From: an uncultured Candidatus Saccharibacteria bacterium
GTDB taxonomy: Bacteria; Patescibacteriota; Saccharimonadia; Saccharimonadales; 2-12-FULL-41-12
Assembly: GCA_964609815.1 (NCBI GenBank)
Contig: CAZSRV010000002.1
Coordinates: forward strand, 1 to 43,067
Reading direction: 5' to 3'
Length of the DNA stretch: 43,067 nt
Below the pieces are notes generated by a model. The model did no database searches. It was not told where the DNA came from and saw nothing but the letters and a program-made list of their open reading frames with translations. Every line of letters starts with the position of its first letter. The stretch's first letter is position 1. Position numbers and translations under genes: made by a program. Below are positions 1 to 8,101 of the stretch, one piece after another.

Positions 1-574
1 GCATATCAGGATAAAAACTGTCGACAACGTTCTTAAAGTTTGTAAAAATCCCCTGAGCTGTCTCGGGTCGTAAGTAAGAGATACTCTCAACTGGATAAGA
101 TACCGCATCAACAGGCACTTCTCTACCGTCAGATAGAATGATTGTTTTAACATCAGCGAGGGGCCAGCTTACCGGACCTACATGCGTTTTGAACATCATA
201 TTAAACGCCCGAGGCTCGCCAAATGTAGATTCTTTACCACAACTTGGACATTTATTAGGATCATCTAGTTTATCGGCACGGTAACGACCATGACAATTTG
301 AACACTCTACCAAAGGGTCGGTAAACGTATCAACATGCCCACTAGCTTGCCAGACTTTTTGGTTCATCAAAATTGCTGCATCCACGCCATACATATCGTC
401 CCTGGTCTCAACAAACATCTTCCACCAAAGTTGCATAATATTACGCTTTAGTTGCACGCCAAGCGGGCCGTAATCCCAGGTACCAGCTAGACCACCATAA
501 ATCTCGCTACCCTGGTAAATAAAACCACGGCGTTTGCACAGGCTAACAATATCTTCCATTTTTACTTCACTCAT
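1..574 (-). CDS. glyQS: glycine--tRNA ligase (alpha2 GlyQS type), N-terminal ~191 codons; the rest lies beyond the window edge
   Basis: Not in the ORF track because it runs off the edge. Reverse translation from ATG 574-572 gives MSEVKMEDIVSLCKRRGFIYQGSEIYGGLAGTWDYGPLGVQLKRNIMQLWWKMFV..., the typical GlyQS N-terminus, plus the Cys insertion ECSNCHGRYRAD...KCPSCGK. Confidence 0.85.
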   Translation of the reverse strand, partial: MSEVKMEDIVSLCKRRGFIYQGSEIYGGLAGTWDYGPLGVQLKRNIMQLWWKMFVETRDDMYGVDAAILMNQKVWQASGHVDTFTDPLVECSNCHGRYRADKLDDPNKCPSCGKESTFGEPRAFNMMFKTHVGPVSWPLADVKTIILSDGREVPVDAVSYPVESISYLRPETAQGIFTNFKNVVDSFYPDM

Positions 575-619
575 ATTATAAACATTATAACAGATACCGC
601 CCTTGGATAAATCATTTAT

Positions 620-1279
620 TTAGTGTAACGATTCTAAGAGTAGCCTGCTAAAGTTAATAAGCTCATCTTCAGAGCCTAGAGGTTTAGCTAATTTAATAGG
701 CTGATCAGAATTTTTTAGTAGTCGTAAAAACTTAATATCATCACGGTTAAAAAGCCCCTTATCTTTAGTGATGAATTTTTGCGTGTCCCAATCAAAGTTA
801 AAATTTTGACCAGAACTATCAGCTTCTAAATCAGATAAGAGCCCTAAAGTTGCCAGGACCTTCAGTCTAAACCAGATTTCACAAATCCGAAAATCATAAT
901 CATACCTGTTCATAAAATCTAGATAAATTACTAATAAATTATAAAATTCCTGACCTTCGTTGTCTTCTATGATTTTGTTTAGCAACTTTAATGATTCAAA
1001 TACTAAACTTGTCCGGCCAAGATCTTTTACTATGTCCTGATTAGACTTTATTATTCTAGAGCCAGTCATCGTCTTTAGACCACCCTTGCCACTAGCAAAA
1101 CTAACTTCATTAATATTCAAAAGCTCTATACCCGCACTTAATTTACTAGTTTGCAGACGCGCGCCCTTGGCAAATAAAGTTACTTTACCGGACTCCCTAG
1201 CCAGCGCCGTAACTATCCGGTCACGCTCAGCATAGTTTACTCGTCTCAGGACAACCGTATGATCGGTTACTTTATTCAT
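620..1279 (-). CDS. recO: DNA repair protein RecO
   Basis: 219 aa. N-terminal OB-fold pattern (VVLRRVNYAERDRIVTALARESGKVTLFAKGAR) and a size typical of RecO. recO-glyQS adjacency as in Firmicutes. Confidence 0.75.
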   Translation of the reverse strand: MNKVTDHTVVLRRVNYAERDRIVTALARESGKVTLFAKGARLQTSKLSAGIELLNINEVSFASGKGGLKTMTGSRIIKSNQDIVKDLGRTSLVFESLKLLNKIIEDNEGQEFYNLLVIYLDFMNRYDYDFRICEIWFRLKVLATLGLLSDLEADSSGQNFNFDWDTQKFITKDKGLFNRDDIKFLRLLKNSDQPIKLAKPLGSEDELINFSRLLLESLH

Positions 1280-1644
1280 AGATAGTCGCTAACTACTCTT
1301 TTTAGCTTTTTTAGACTAGTTCCAGGTTTGTACAAATACTGCTCTACCCCCAAATTTTGCCAAATCTTATCATCTATTGGCACTCTTATTGGAATAATAC
1401 TATGGACAATTATCGGTACATTTTGCCACTCAGCATAAGATCGAAACTCATACAAAAATGCTAGCCCGTTCTGATCAGACACTGCTAGCTCTACTATTAC
1501 CAAATCAGGCGTTTTTTTATCAGACGCATCTATAGCACTTTGAGCATTATTAGCCCAAACAGCTTGAGCTTCAGAAGAATTTAAAGCTCCAACTAGTACC
1601 TCCGCCACTTCTCTATCTGGCTCTACTAATAAAATTCGTTTCAT
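1276..1644 (-). CDS. atypical single-domain response-regulator receiver (phospho-acceptor Asp replaced by Glu)
   Basis: 122 aa with a CheY-like layout: RILLVEPD..., PDLVIVELAV, PIIVHS, YLYKP. The conserved Lys is present, but the acidic pocket DD is EP and the D57-equivalent is E52. ATGA overlaps with both neighbours. Confidence 0.65.
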   Translation of the reverse strand: MKRILLVEPDREVAEVLVGALNSSEAQAVWANNAQSAIDASDKKTPDLVIVELAVSDQNGLAFLYEFRSYAEWQNVPIIVHSIIPIRVPIDDKIWQNLGVEQYLYKPGTSLKKLKRVVSDYL

Positions 1645-2360
1645 ATCAGAGACAACTGTTGACTATGCGGCAATGTAATAGCAATTCCGCCATGACCACT
1701 CAGAGTTCGCTTAGCTTTAAGACTAGTATCCATAAAACTAGCTAGGACCTTAGCTACAGATAGCAGTATAGTATTCTGATCAGTCACTGCAGGTAGCGAC
1801 ATAACTGCCAAATTATTATCTTGCAAAGTGTGTATGTCAGATTGTTTTATGTTAAATCCTTTAGCATAAATACCTACCTCAGCCAGACCGCCATCTAGGT
1901 TTTTGCTCTGAAAGATCACTCCAGAACCACTAGCCTTAGCTATAAAATATCCCGTACAGAACAGAAAATCATCCAGAAGTTTCTTATTAGCCGACACAGG
2001 AGAACTGGTTTTATTAACTATTTTTATTGGCTGTCCAGTATATTTACGAACTTCGTAAGCTACATGATGCAAAACCGAACCAACACCTAAATTGTCCAAA
2101 GTTAGTTCAGTCTGGCCTAGCTGAAAAGCCGCGCAGGTATTAAAGCTATCTAGTAGCTTCAGCGAAGCCTCTGACTCAGCTTGTATCTTACCCAGATACC
2201 CATCGTCGCCAGCCTCAGCCATTCTGGCAATCAAATATAAGCGCTTTTGCAATTCACGCATAAGTGGATATGCATAATCCACCCCTGTTATTATCTGATT
2301 ATCAGTAATTGTCACGCCCCTTGTTAAATATATGAATATAATAACATTTTCCGAACACAA
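1641..2360 (-). CDS. hypothetical protein, probable degenerate (pseudo) histidine-kinase core without sensor or TM segments
   Basis: KLLDSFNTCAAFQLGQTELTLDNLGVGSVLHHVAYEVR follows the end-of-DHp/start-of-CA pattern of HisKA kinases. The C-terminus LSVAKVLASFMDTSLKAKRTLSGHGGIAITLP resembles the G2 box/lid. The H-box His (YPLMRELQ), the N-box Asn and the G1 DxGxG (YAKGFNI) are all missing. The true start is uncertain because the track start is TTG. Confidence 0.4.
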   Translation of the reverse strand: MCSENVIIFIYLTRGVTITDNQIITGVDYAYPLMRELQKRLYLIARMAEAGDDGYLGKIQAESEASLKLLDSFNTCAAFQLGQTELTLDNLGVGSVLHHVAYEVRKYTGQPIKIVNKTSSPVSANKKLLDDFLFCTGYFIAKASGSGVIFQSKNLDGGLAEVGIYAKGFNIKQSDIHTLQDNNLAVMSLPAVTDQNTILLSVAKVLASFMDTSLKAKRTLSGHGGIAITLPHSQQLSLI

Positions 2361-2384
2361 TTTTTAAGACATTTGTAAATAATA

Positions 2385-3038
2385 CTATGGTGTAAATGTA
2401 AAGGCAGGCAGAATTATAGTGTTTAGGTCACCTATATATTTATCAACTTCAGAGCTAATTTTGACTGTTTTCTCACGCATCGGTAGTACAATCATTGACC
2501 CACGAACATTATTTCTAAGCTCACCGTCAAACCTAGTCCCTAGCACGTTTGGTAATCTTTCTAACCTAAAGGCATTAGCCGAAGACTTACCGGCTTTTAC
2601 GTTAGATTCCATAGCTTTTACAACTGTGTCATAGGCTTGATTAACTACTTCAACCTTTAGTGGATAAGTAGCGTTTTGATTACCATCAACTATGCCAGGC
2701 TGCATCAGTAATGTTAAATCTTTGTCGGTCTGCTTTAGTGAGCCACTCCATGTCTTGGGATATTCAAATACAATAGCACCTAATATGTCGCTACCTTTAA
2801 ACGTCCTATATGGCTGTTTCTCTTTTATCTGGAATTCATTGTCTTTTTCTGATGAATTTTTATCTACAGCTACTGCTACAGCACTGTCAATCTTTGGCTG
2901 AACATTAGTTTTGTAATCTTCCATACCCATGTAGGCCCAAGCGCCAAACCCTAGAGCGCCAAAAAACAAAAGACCCACTGCGATCAGCGGAATAAGCAAA
3001 ACATTAATCTCGCCACGCTCGTTATTTAGCTTTGTCAT
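2385..3038 (-). CDS. hypothetical membrane-anchored protein (one N-terminal TM helix, extracytoplasmic domain)
   Basis: 217-aa ORF with TM segment INVLLIPLIAVGLLFFGALGFGAWAYMG. No recognisable motif. Confidence 0.5.
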   Translation of the reverse strand: MTKLNNERGEINVLLIPLIAVGLLFFGALGFGAWAYMGMEDYKTNVQPKIDSAVAVAVDKNSSEKDNEFQIKEKQPYRTFKGSDILGAIVFEYPKTWSGSLKQTDKDLTLLMQPGIVDGNQNATYPLKVEVVNQAYDTVVKAMESNVKAGKSSANAFRLERLPNVLGTRFDGELRNNVRGSMIVLPMREKTVKISSEVDKYIGDLNTIILPAFTFTP

Positions 3039-3076
3039 TAAGCTTATGTTAACTAGTCGGCGTCAAAACGTCAAGA

Positions 3077-3556
3077 TTAATACCTATAAAGATGTACACC
3101 TTGGCGATTAAAACTAGCTTTACGATCCGGTATTTTAAACACATAACTAACCAGCCTGGCGCCAGGTTTTAGCTCTTTAGTTAGCTTTTTATCCAGACGC
3201 TTCATATAACGATCAAGCAAAAAAACGAACACAACATCGGCCCCAGTCAAGTTTTTCTGCCAAAAATTACCATAAATAACCTTAATATTTCGCCTGCGCC
3301 AAGTTCTCAGCCAGCAAATCATAAAAAGTAACGGATTTAATTCATAACCAACAACTCTGGCGCCACGCTCCCCTGCCAGAAGCAACACCTTGCCATCACC
3401 GCAACCAAGTTCATAAAATCTATCACCCGGACCAACCTCAGCCATGTCCAGGGCTAATAATGCTTGTTTTCTGTGAGTTGGTACGTATGGCGCGCCAAAT
3501 ATCAGCACAAAGCCAAAACAGGTCACTAGTCCAAAAAACAGCCAAAACCAAATCAT
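3077..3556 (-). CDS. membrane-anchored class I SAM-dependent methyltransferase, FAM173-like (possible protein lysine methyltransferase)
   Basis: N-terminal TM helix, then APYVPT, motif I ELGCGDGKVLL, and VVGYELNPLLFMICWLRTWR. This closely resembles the VGYELNPWLVWYSRYRAWR block of the FAM173 (ANTKMT/ATPSCKMT) family as I recall it. Confidence 0.6.
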   Translation of the reverse strand: MIWFWLFFGLVTCFGFVLIFGAPYVPTHRKQALLALDMAEVGPGDRFYELGCGDGKVLLLAGERGARVVGYELNPLLFMICWLRTWRRRNIKVIYGNFWQKNLTGADVVFVFLLDRYMKRLDKKLTKELKPGARLVSYVFKIPDRKASFNRQGVHLYRY

Positions 3557-3564
3557 GTTAGAAC

Positions 3565-3747
3565 CTAAGCCTTTTTAACGCTTTTTATTTTTTGACTGGC
3601 CTGAGCCAAATAAGCTTCAAGTTCTTTAACGATCGTCTCACCTTCTTTATGTAGTTTTATAGCCTCATCCAGCTCGGTATCAGGACTCTGGATTTTATCA
3701 ATTATCTGATTTAATTTATTTTTTAATTCACTATAATTCTTTGCCAC
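3565..3747 (-). CDS. xseB: exodeoxyribonuclease VII small subunit
   Basis: 60-aa helical protein (ELDEAIKLHKEGETIVKELEAYL) overlapping the 3' end of xseA. Confidence 0.8.
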   Translation of the reverse strand: MAKNYSELKNKLNQIIDKIQSPDTELDEAIKLHKEGETIVKELEAYLAQASQKIKSVKKA

Positions 3748-4852
3748 TGTTTCTCTCCATTGTTATTTTACCGTCCAAAAACTGCAAATCCAAACTATCA
3801 TAAACCATCGCTTGCTTGGCGGTTTTAACTATCTCGCCTTTTGGCGATTTAACTAGCGCATAGCCTTTGCTTAGCGGCAATCTAGGGTCAGATGCCATTA
3901 ATAAATTATACGAGCTACTCAACCAAAGTTCCGCATTAGCTATCTTTTGTGCCAAACTAGCACTCAGATCATTCTTATAGCCTGAAATATCACGCTCAAT
4001 ATGCGAAACAAAGCCATTCAATAAAACTGCCAATTGATTTTTTATTAGTGAGATTTGCGCTTTCTGTTCGTTCACATCTGGTACCAAAATCTCGGCCGCA
4101 TTACTGGGTGTACTAGCTCGCTGGTCAGCTACCATTTCACTCAGTGATACATCTTGTTCATGACCAATCGCTACCAAAGTTGGTATTCGGCTAGCTGCTA
4201 CCGCCCGCACTAATCGCTCGTCATTAAAAGCCATCAGATCATCAGCCGACCCACCGCCACGGATAATCGCCAAAGCTTCATAATTAGCTTGGTTGACTTG
4301 ATTAATAGCCGAGATTATCTGACGTGGCGCGTTAGCACCCTGCACTAGCACATCATACAAGTCACATTCTAAAAACGGCCAACGTTTGTTAATAATCTTC
4401 ATAAAATCACCATAACCAGCTGACTGAGCTGATGAAATAATAGCCACTTTACTTGGCACTTCAGGTAATTGGCGCTTGCGTGCCACGTCAAACAAACCTT
4501 CAGCCTCAAGCTTCTTCATAAGCATTCTAAGAGCTCTGGCTAGTGAACCTTCGCCGACTACCATCACCTCATAAAACTGCACACTAAAATTAAACTGCGG
4601 ATGCAAATAAGGCCGACCGCCTACTTCGGCCATCATGCCATCTTCTAGTGGCCCAGGCAAACTATCTGTCGTACCAAAAAACCTAACCGACGCATAATCA
4701 TCTTTTAGGTCAAAATACACCCATCTGCTTTTACTTACCTTAAAGTTGGCTATCTCACCGATAATTTTGACGTCAGGATAACTAGCATTGATTGTCTGGT
4801 TAAATATCGCTACAAAATCCGATACACCAAAAACCGGATCTTGACCAATCAT
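3731..4852 (-). CDS. xseA: exodeoxyribonuclease VII large subunit (short form)
   Basis: 373 aa with an N-terminal OB fold (VKIIGEIANFKVSKSRWVYFDLKD) and a catalytic core (IIRGGGSADDLMAFNDE, IGHEQD). Confidence 0.85.
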   Translation of the reverse strand: MIGQDPVFGVSDFVAIFNQTINASYPDVKIIGEIANFKVSKSRWVYFDLKDDYASVRFFGTTDSLPGPLEDGMMAEVGGRPYLHPQFNFSVQFYEVMVVGEGSLARALRMLMKKLEAEGLFDVARKRQLPEVPSKVAIISSAQSAGYGDFMKIINKRWPFLECDLYDVLVQGANAPRQIISAINQVNQANYEALAIIRGGGSADDLMAFNDERLVRAVAASRIPTLVAIGHEQDVSLSEMVADQRASTPSNAAEILVPDVNEQKAQISLIKNQLAVLLNGFVSHIERDISGYKNDLSASLAQKIANAELWLSSSYNLLMASDPRLPLSKGYALVKSPKGEIVKTAKQAMVYDSLDLQFLDGKITMERNSGKEL

Positions 4853-5901
4853 TTGGTTAGCTCTTCGCTTTTTATGCCAGCATTTCGCAGGAACCGCTGA
4901 TATAAGAAGTAGCCAATCGGCAATTGCATAGTCATGCTAATAATGCGGTACATGATAGTGGCCGGCAAACCAATTGACGGCGGCACTCCAGCCACGGCCA
5001 AGACACCCGTCATCAAAGCCTCATAAACACCGGCACCTCCTGGGAAAACCGATATCAGCCCAGCAAAGTTAGCCACCGCATAGGCTAAAATTACCGCTCC
5101 AGGGTTTACCCACTGACCAAAAGCGACAAATACCAAGTATAACGTCATAATCTCGGCCGAAATAGCTAGAAGACCAAAAAGCAAAGGTCTCTTTAGCTGC
5201 TTTCTATTCTTCCTTAGGATCTTATATTCTTCATGAAGGTCCATAAACAGCTTACTAACGCCAGCCAGGTTAATAGTTTCCGGGTGTTTGGGCCTAATAG
5301 TATGAATTATCTTGTTAATAAACTTAGTCAGCCCAGTTGTAAACGAATTAATACGATTTTTGTTGCCAACTACATAAATCGCTAACACCGAACCAATAGC
5401 TAAAGCCGTACCAATGGAACTAGCTACCAAAATCGTAAAATTATTGGCATCACCGTGCAGGGTCAACGCAATCACCCCCACCAGTAGCAATATCTGGAAA
5501 GCAAAAAATACCGCCACAAACCTCATCATATGAGTCAATGTAGCCTGCGAAGCATTGATTTTGAACTTACGCATTCTGTAACTAAAATATGAAAATCCAG
5601 CCACGCCAGCACTCGGGAAAACCGTGTTAACAAAAGTTAGCTCAGAAGTAATGCCAAACATAGTCTTGTAGCGCACCGATCGACCCAAAATATTAAAAAT
5701 GCTCCTATAAAGTTGTGTGTAGCCATGATAAATAGTTATTTGAGTCAACACCATGAACAGCAGTACCCAAACTTTTACGCTCTTTAGGTTGGACAAAGTT
5801 TCCATAATTGACTCACGAGCAAAAAAGATCAACAAAAATATACCCAAGAACGTTACTATACTCAGGATAAGCCTGACTTTCTTCCCTTTTTGCTCGGCCA
5901 T
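4849..5901 (-). CDS. polytopic membrane protein, LPG-synthase-TM / flippase-like (UPF0104) family
   Basis: 350 aa, about 8 TM helices, with the FPGGAGVYEA-type motif near the C-terminus that is typical of this family. Confidence 0.5.
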   Translation of the reverse strand: MAEQKGKKVRLILSIVTFLGIFLLIFFARESIMETLSNLKSVKVWVLLFMVLTQITIYHGYTQLYRSIFNILGRSVRYKTMFGITSELTFVNTVFPSAGVAGFSYFSYRMRKFKINASQATLTHMMRFVAVFFAFQILLLVGVIALTLHGDANNFTILVASSIGTALAIGSVLAIYVVGNKNRINSFTTGLTKFINKIIHTIRPKHPETINLAGVSKLFMDLHEEYKILRKNRKQLKRPLLFGLLAISAEIMTLYLVFVAFGQWVNPGAVILAYAVANFAGLISVFPGGAGVYEALMTGVLAVAGVPPSIGLPATIMYRIISMTMQLPIGYFLYQRFLRNAGIKSEELTK

Positions 5902-5937
5902 GTATAAACATTATATCAATAAGCTATAATTAAATAG

Positions 5938-7116
5938 ATGAATTTTATTGCCATACTTGGCCGCCAACCCAAAATTAGCCTTGCCGAGGCCGAGGCCGTC
6001 TTCGGCGCCAGTAGTATTAGGCAAGTTTCTGCCGAGGTAGCTGAAATAGAGTCAACCAAGACCGACATATTAAAAAAAGCACCTTCATTAGGTGGCGCCC
6101 AAAAACTAGCCCAAGTCATAGATACTATCCCCACCACCGATTGGGGCCAAGTAGCCAACCACTTACAAAAAAACATCACTAGCTATATTCCAGCTTCAGA
6201 CGGAGCTAAAATCCGCCTGGGCCTCAGCATATATGGCCACAAGCTGTCCCCTGGCAAGCTTAACGCCACCGGCCTGGGCCTAAAAAAAATAATCCGCACA
6301 AGTGGCCAAAGTATCCGAATAGTCCCAAACAAAGAGTTATCACTAGGTAGCGCCCAGGTACTGCATAACAAATTAACCAGTCCAAATGGCTATGAGTTAC
6401 TTATCGTCAAAGATAACAAATCGGTCATCATAGCCCAAACCTGCTATATCCAAGACATAGACAGCTACGCCACGCGTGATCACGGCCGGCCGGCCCGAGA
6501 CGCCCGTGTTGGCATGCTACCACCCAAGTTAGCTCAAATAATTATTAACTTGTCCGGATTTTCGGCCGGAGACTCGTTACTTGATCCTTTTTGTGGCACT
6601 GGCGTAGTACTACAAGAAGCCCTGCTGACTGGAGCCAAGCATGTTTATGGCTCAGATCTAGAACCTCGCATGATCAAATACACAGACATCAATCTAAACT
6701 GGCTAGACAATGGCAAATACAATAGTCAATTTACTACTAAAGTCGCCGATGCTACTAGTGAGTCATGGAACACTTGGGTCAATATGAACACCATCGCCTG
6801 CGAAACTTACTTGGGCCGACCATTATCATCTACACCCAGCCGTGAAGTACTGCGCAAAATCATCAGCGACTGCGACACAATCCACAAAAAATTCCTACGA
6901 AATGTAGCCAGACAAACCCCTTCAGGTTTTAGAATGTGCATTGCCGTACCAGCCTGGCGTACCGGGGGAAGCTTCAAAAGCCTACCTACCCTTGATTTTT
7001 TGTCAGATTTGGGATACAATCGTATAAGTTTTGAGTTTGCAGGGAGCAAGGACCTGATCTACCATCGTCCAGGCCAACAAGTAGCCCGCGAACTCGTCGT
7101 TTTAGAACGAATATAA
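5938..7116 (+). CDS. Trm11/Trm-G10-like SAM-dependent RNA (guanine-N2) methyltransferase (UPF0020 family)
   Basis: RPARDARVGMLPPKLAQIIINLS followed by LLDPFCGTGVVLQEALLTGA and GSDLEPRMI, the substrate-loop plus motif I/II arrangement of archaeal/eukaryotic Trm11-type enzymes. Confidence 0.55.
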   Translation: MNFIAILGRQPKISLAEAEAVFGASSIRQVSAEVAEIESTKTDILKKAPSLGGAQKLAQVIDTIPTTDWGQVANHLQKNITSYIPASDGAKIRLGLSIYGHKLSPGKLNATGLGLKKIIRTSGQSIRIVPNKELSLGSAQVLHNKLTSPNGYELLIVKDNKSVIIAQTCYIQDIDSYATRDHGRPARDARVGMLPPKLAQIIINLSGFSAGDSLLDPFCGTGVVLQEALLTGAKHVYGSDLEPRMIKYTDINLNWLDNGKYNSQFTTKVADATSESWNTWVNMNTIACETYLGRPLSSTPSREVLRKIISDCDTIHKKFLRNVARQTPSGFRMCIAVPAWRTGGSFKSLPTLDFLSDLGYNRISFEFAGSKDLIYHRPGQQVARELVVLERI

Positions 7117-7141
7117 CAGCAGTAAATTAATAAAACAGCAT

Positions 7142-7304
7142 TTAGCCTCTTGCTTGAGCATAATACGAGGAAAAAACGAGAAGCGGAGCGAATCGTACAT
7201 TTAGTACGACGAGTGAGCATCAGAGTTTTTGACAAAGTAATATGCCAAGAAGCTAGCGGAGTTTCTGGCTCCGCCAGAAAACAGGCTAGCTGACAAGAGG
7301 TTAA
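7142..7304 (+). promoter_or_regulatory. candidate structured 5' leader of rpmA (long-range helix sequestering the Shine-Dalgarno sequence)
   Basis: 7142-7152 (ttagcctcttg) is complementary to 7294-7304 (caagaggttaa), which contains the SD aagagg. Internal hairpins: 7193-7198/7204-7209 (tcgtac/gtacga) and 7251-7291 (agctagc...tttctgg ctccg ccagaaa...gctagct). Confidence 0.35.
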
Positions 7305-7305
7305 A

Positions 7306-7578
7306 ATGTCTAAAGTTAAAGCTGGTGGTTCCAGTAAAAACAATCACAATAACGCTGGTCCTAGACTAGGAGTTAAGTTATTTGGTGGCCAAAAAGTAAA
7401 AACTGGCCAAGTAATCGTTCGCCAAGTTGGTATGACCAAGCGCGCTGGCGATGGCACCAAACTAAGCCGTAACTTCACTATTCATGCTATGCGCGATGGC
7501 GAAGTCAAATTCACCACCAAAAAAGTTAAAACTTTCTCTGGTCGTTCCGTACGACGCACCGAAGTTTCGGTTGTATAA
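7306..7578 (+). CDS. rpmA: 50S ribosomal protein L27
   Basis: MSKVKAGGSSKNN...PRLGVKLFGGQKVKTGQVIVRQVG: the classic L27 N-terminus, with no Prp-cleaved propeptide. Confidence 0.95.
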   Translation: MSKVKAGGSSKNNHNNAGPRLGVKLFGGQKVKTGQVIVRQVGMTKRAGDGTKLSRNFTIHAMRDGEVKFTTKKVKTFSGRSVRRTEVSVV

Positions 7579-7605
7579 TTTTACTAAAGATCAAAATTAG
7601 ACGTC

Positions 7606-7632
7606 AAATACCCCTACTTATTAGGGGTATTT
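7606..7632. terminator. bidirectional intrinsic terminator between convergent rpmA and the response-regulator gene
   Basis: Perfect 11-bp stem aaataccccta / taggggtattt with a 5-nt loop. A-run on one side and T-run on the other. Confidence 0.7.
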
Positions 7633-7650
7633 GTACTTATAAAAGCAATT

Positions 7651-8049
7651 CTATGCTGTAGGAGCTGTAGCTTTTAATATTTCGCGAATACGATTGACTA
7701 CATCGGCAATCACTACCTGCGACTTGATTAGATAATCATCCACACCAAGCGACATAGCCCGTTGTTTATCGCTATCCTGACTAAGCGCCGTTAACATTAC
7801 AATCTTAACGTTTTGAGTTTCTGGCGTATTGCGCAAAATATCCAGTAAATCAAATCCGCTAACTTTTGGCATCATCACATCTAGTAGCACTAAATCCGGT
7901 TTGGCAGCTAAAGCTACTGCTAGCGCATCTTCACCATTTGGTGCCCTTTTGGTAGCAAAGCCTTCAGCCTGCAAACGCGTTTCATAAACAGCCGCTAGGT
8001 TGTCGTCATCTTCTACTATTAATATTAATTTTTGTTTTATATCATCCAT
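7651..8049 (-). CDS. canonical single-domain (CheY-like) response regulator, orphan
   Basis: LILIVEDDDN, DLVLLDVMMP (D57), IVMLTALS and DDYLIKS: all phosphorylation residues are present. No kinase gene is adjacent. Confidence 0.85.
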   Translation of the reverse strand: MDDIKQKLILIVEDDDNLAAVYETRLQAEGFATKRAPNGEDALAVALAAKPDLVLLDVMMPKVSGFDLLDILRNTPETQNVKIVMLTALSQDSDKQRAMSLGVDDYLIKSQVVIADVVNRIREILKATAPTA

Positions 8050-8056
8050 AATACTA

Positions 8057-8085
8057 ATACTATCACGCTTAAGCTAAAAAGTCAA
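8057..8085 (-). promoter_or_regulatory. sigma70-type promoter for the response regulator, predicting a leaderless mRNA
   Basis: On the minus strand: TTGACT (8085-8080), 17-nt spacer, TAGTAT (8062-8057). The -10 ends 7 nt before ATG 8049 and there is no SD. Confidence 0.45.
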
Positions 8086-8101
8086 CTACAAATTGCAAAT
8101 T

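Noticed and set aside
7059-7343. 94-aa minus-strand ORF spanning the rpmA upstream spacer
   Set aside because: It overlaps the ends of two well-supported plus-strand genes, and its Cys/Ser/Leu-rich translation has no start context. The region is better explained as an RNA leader.
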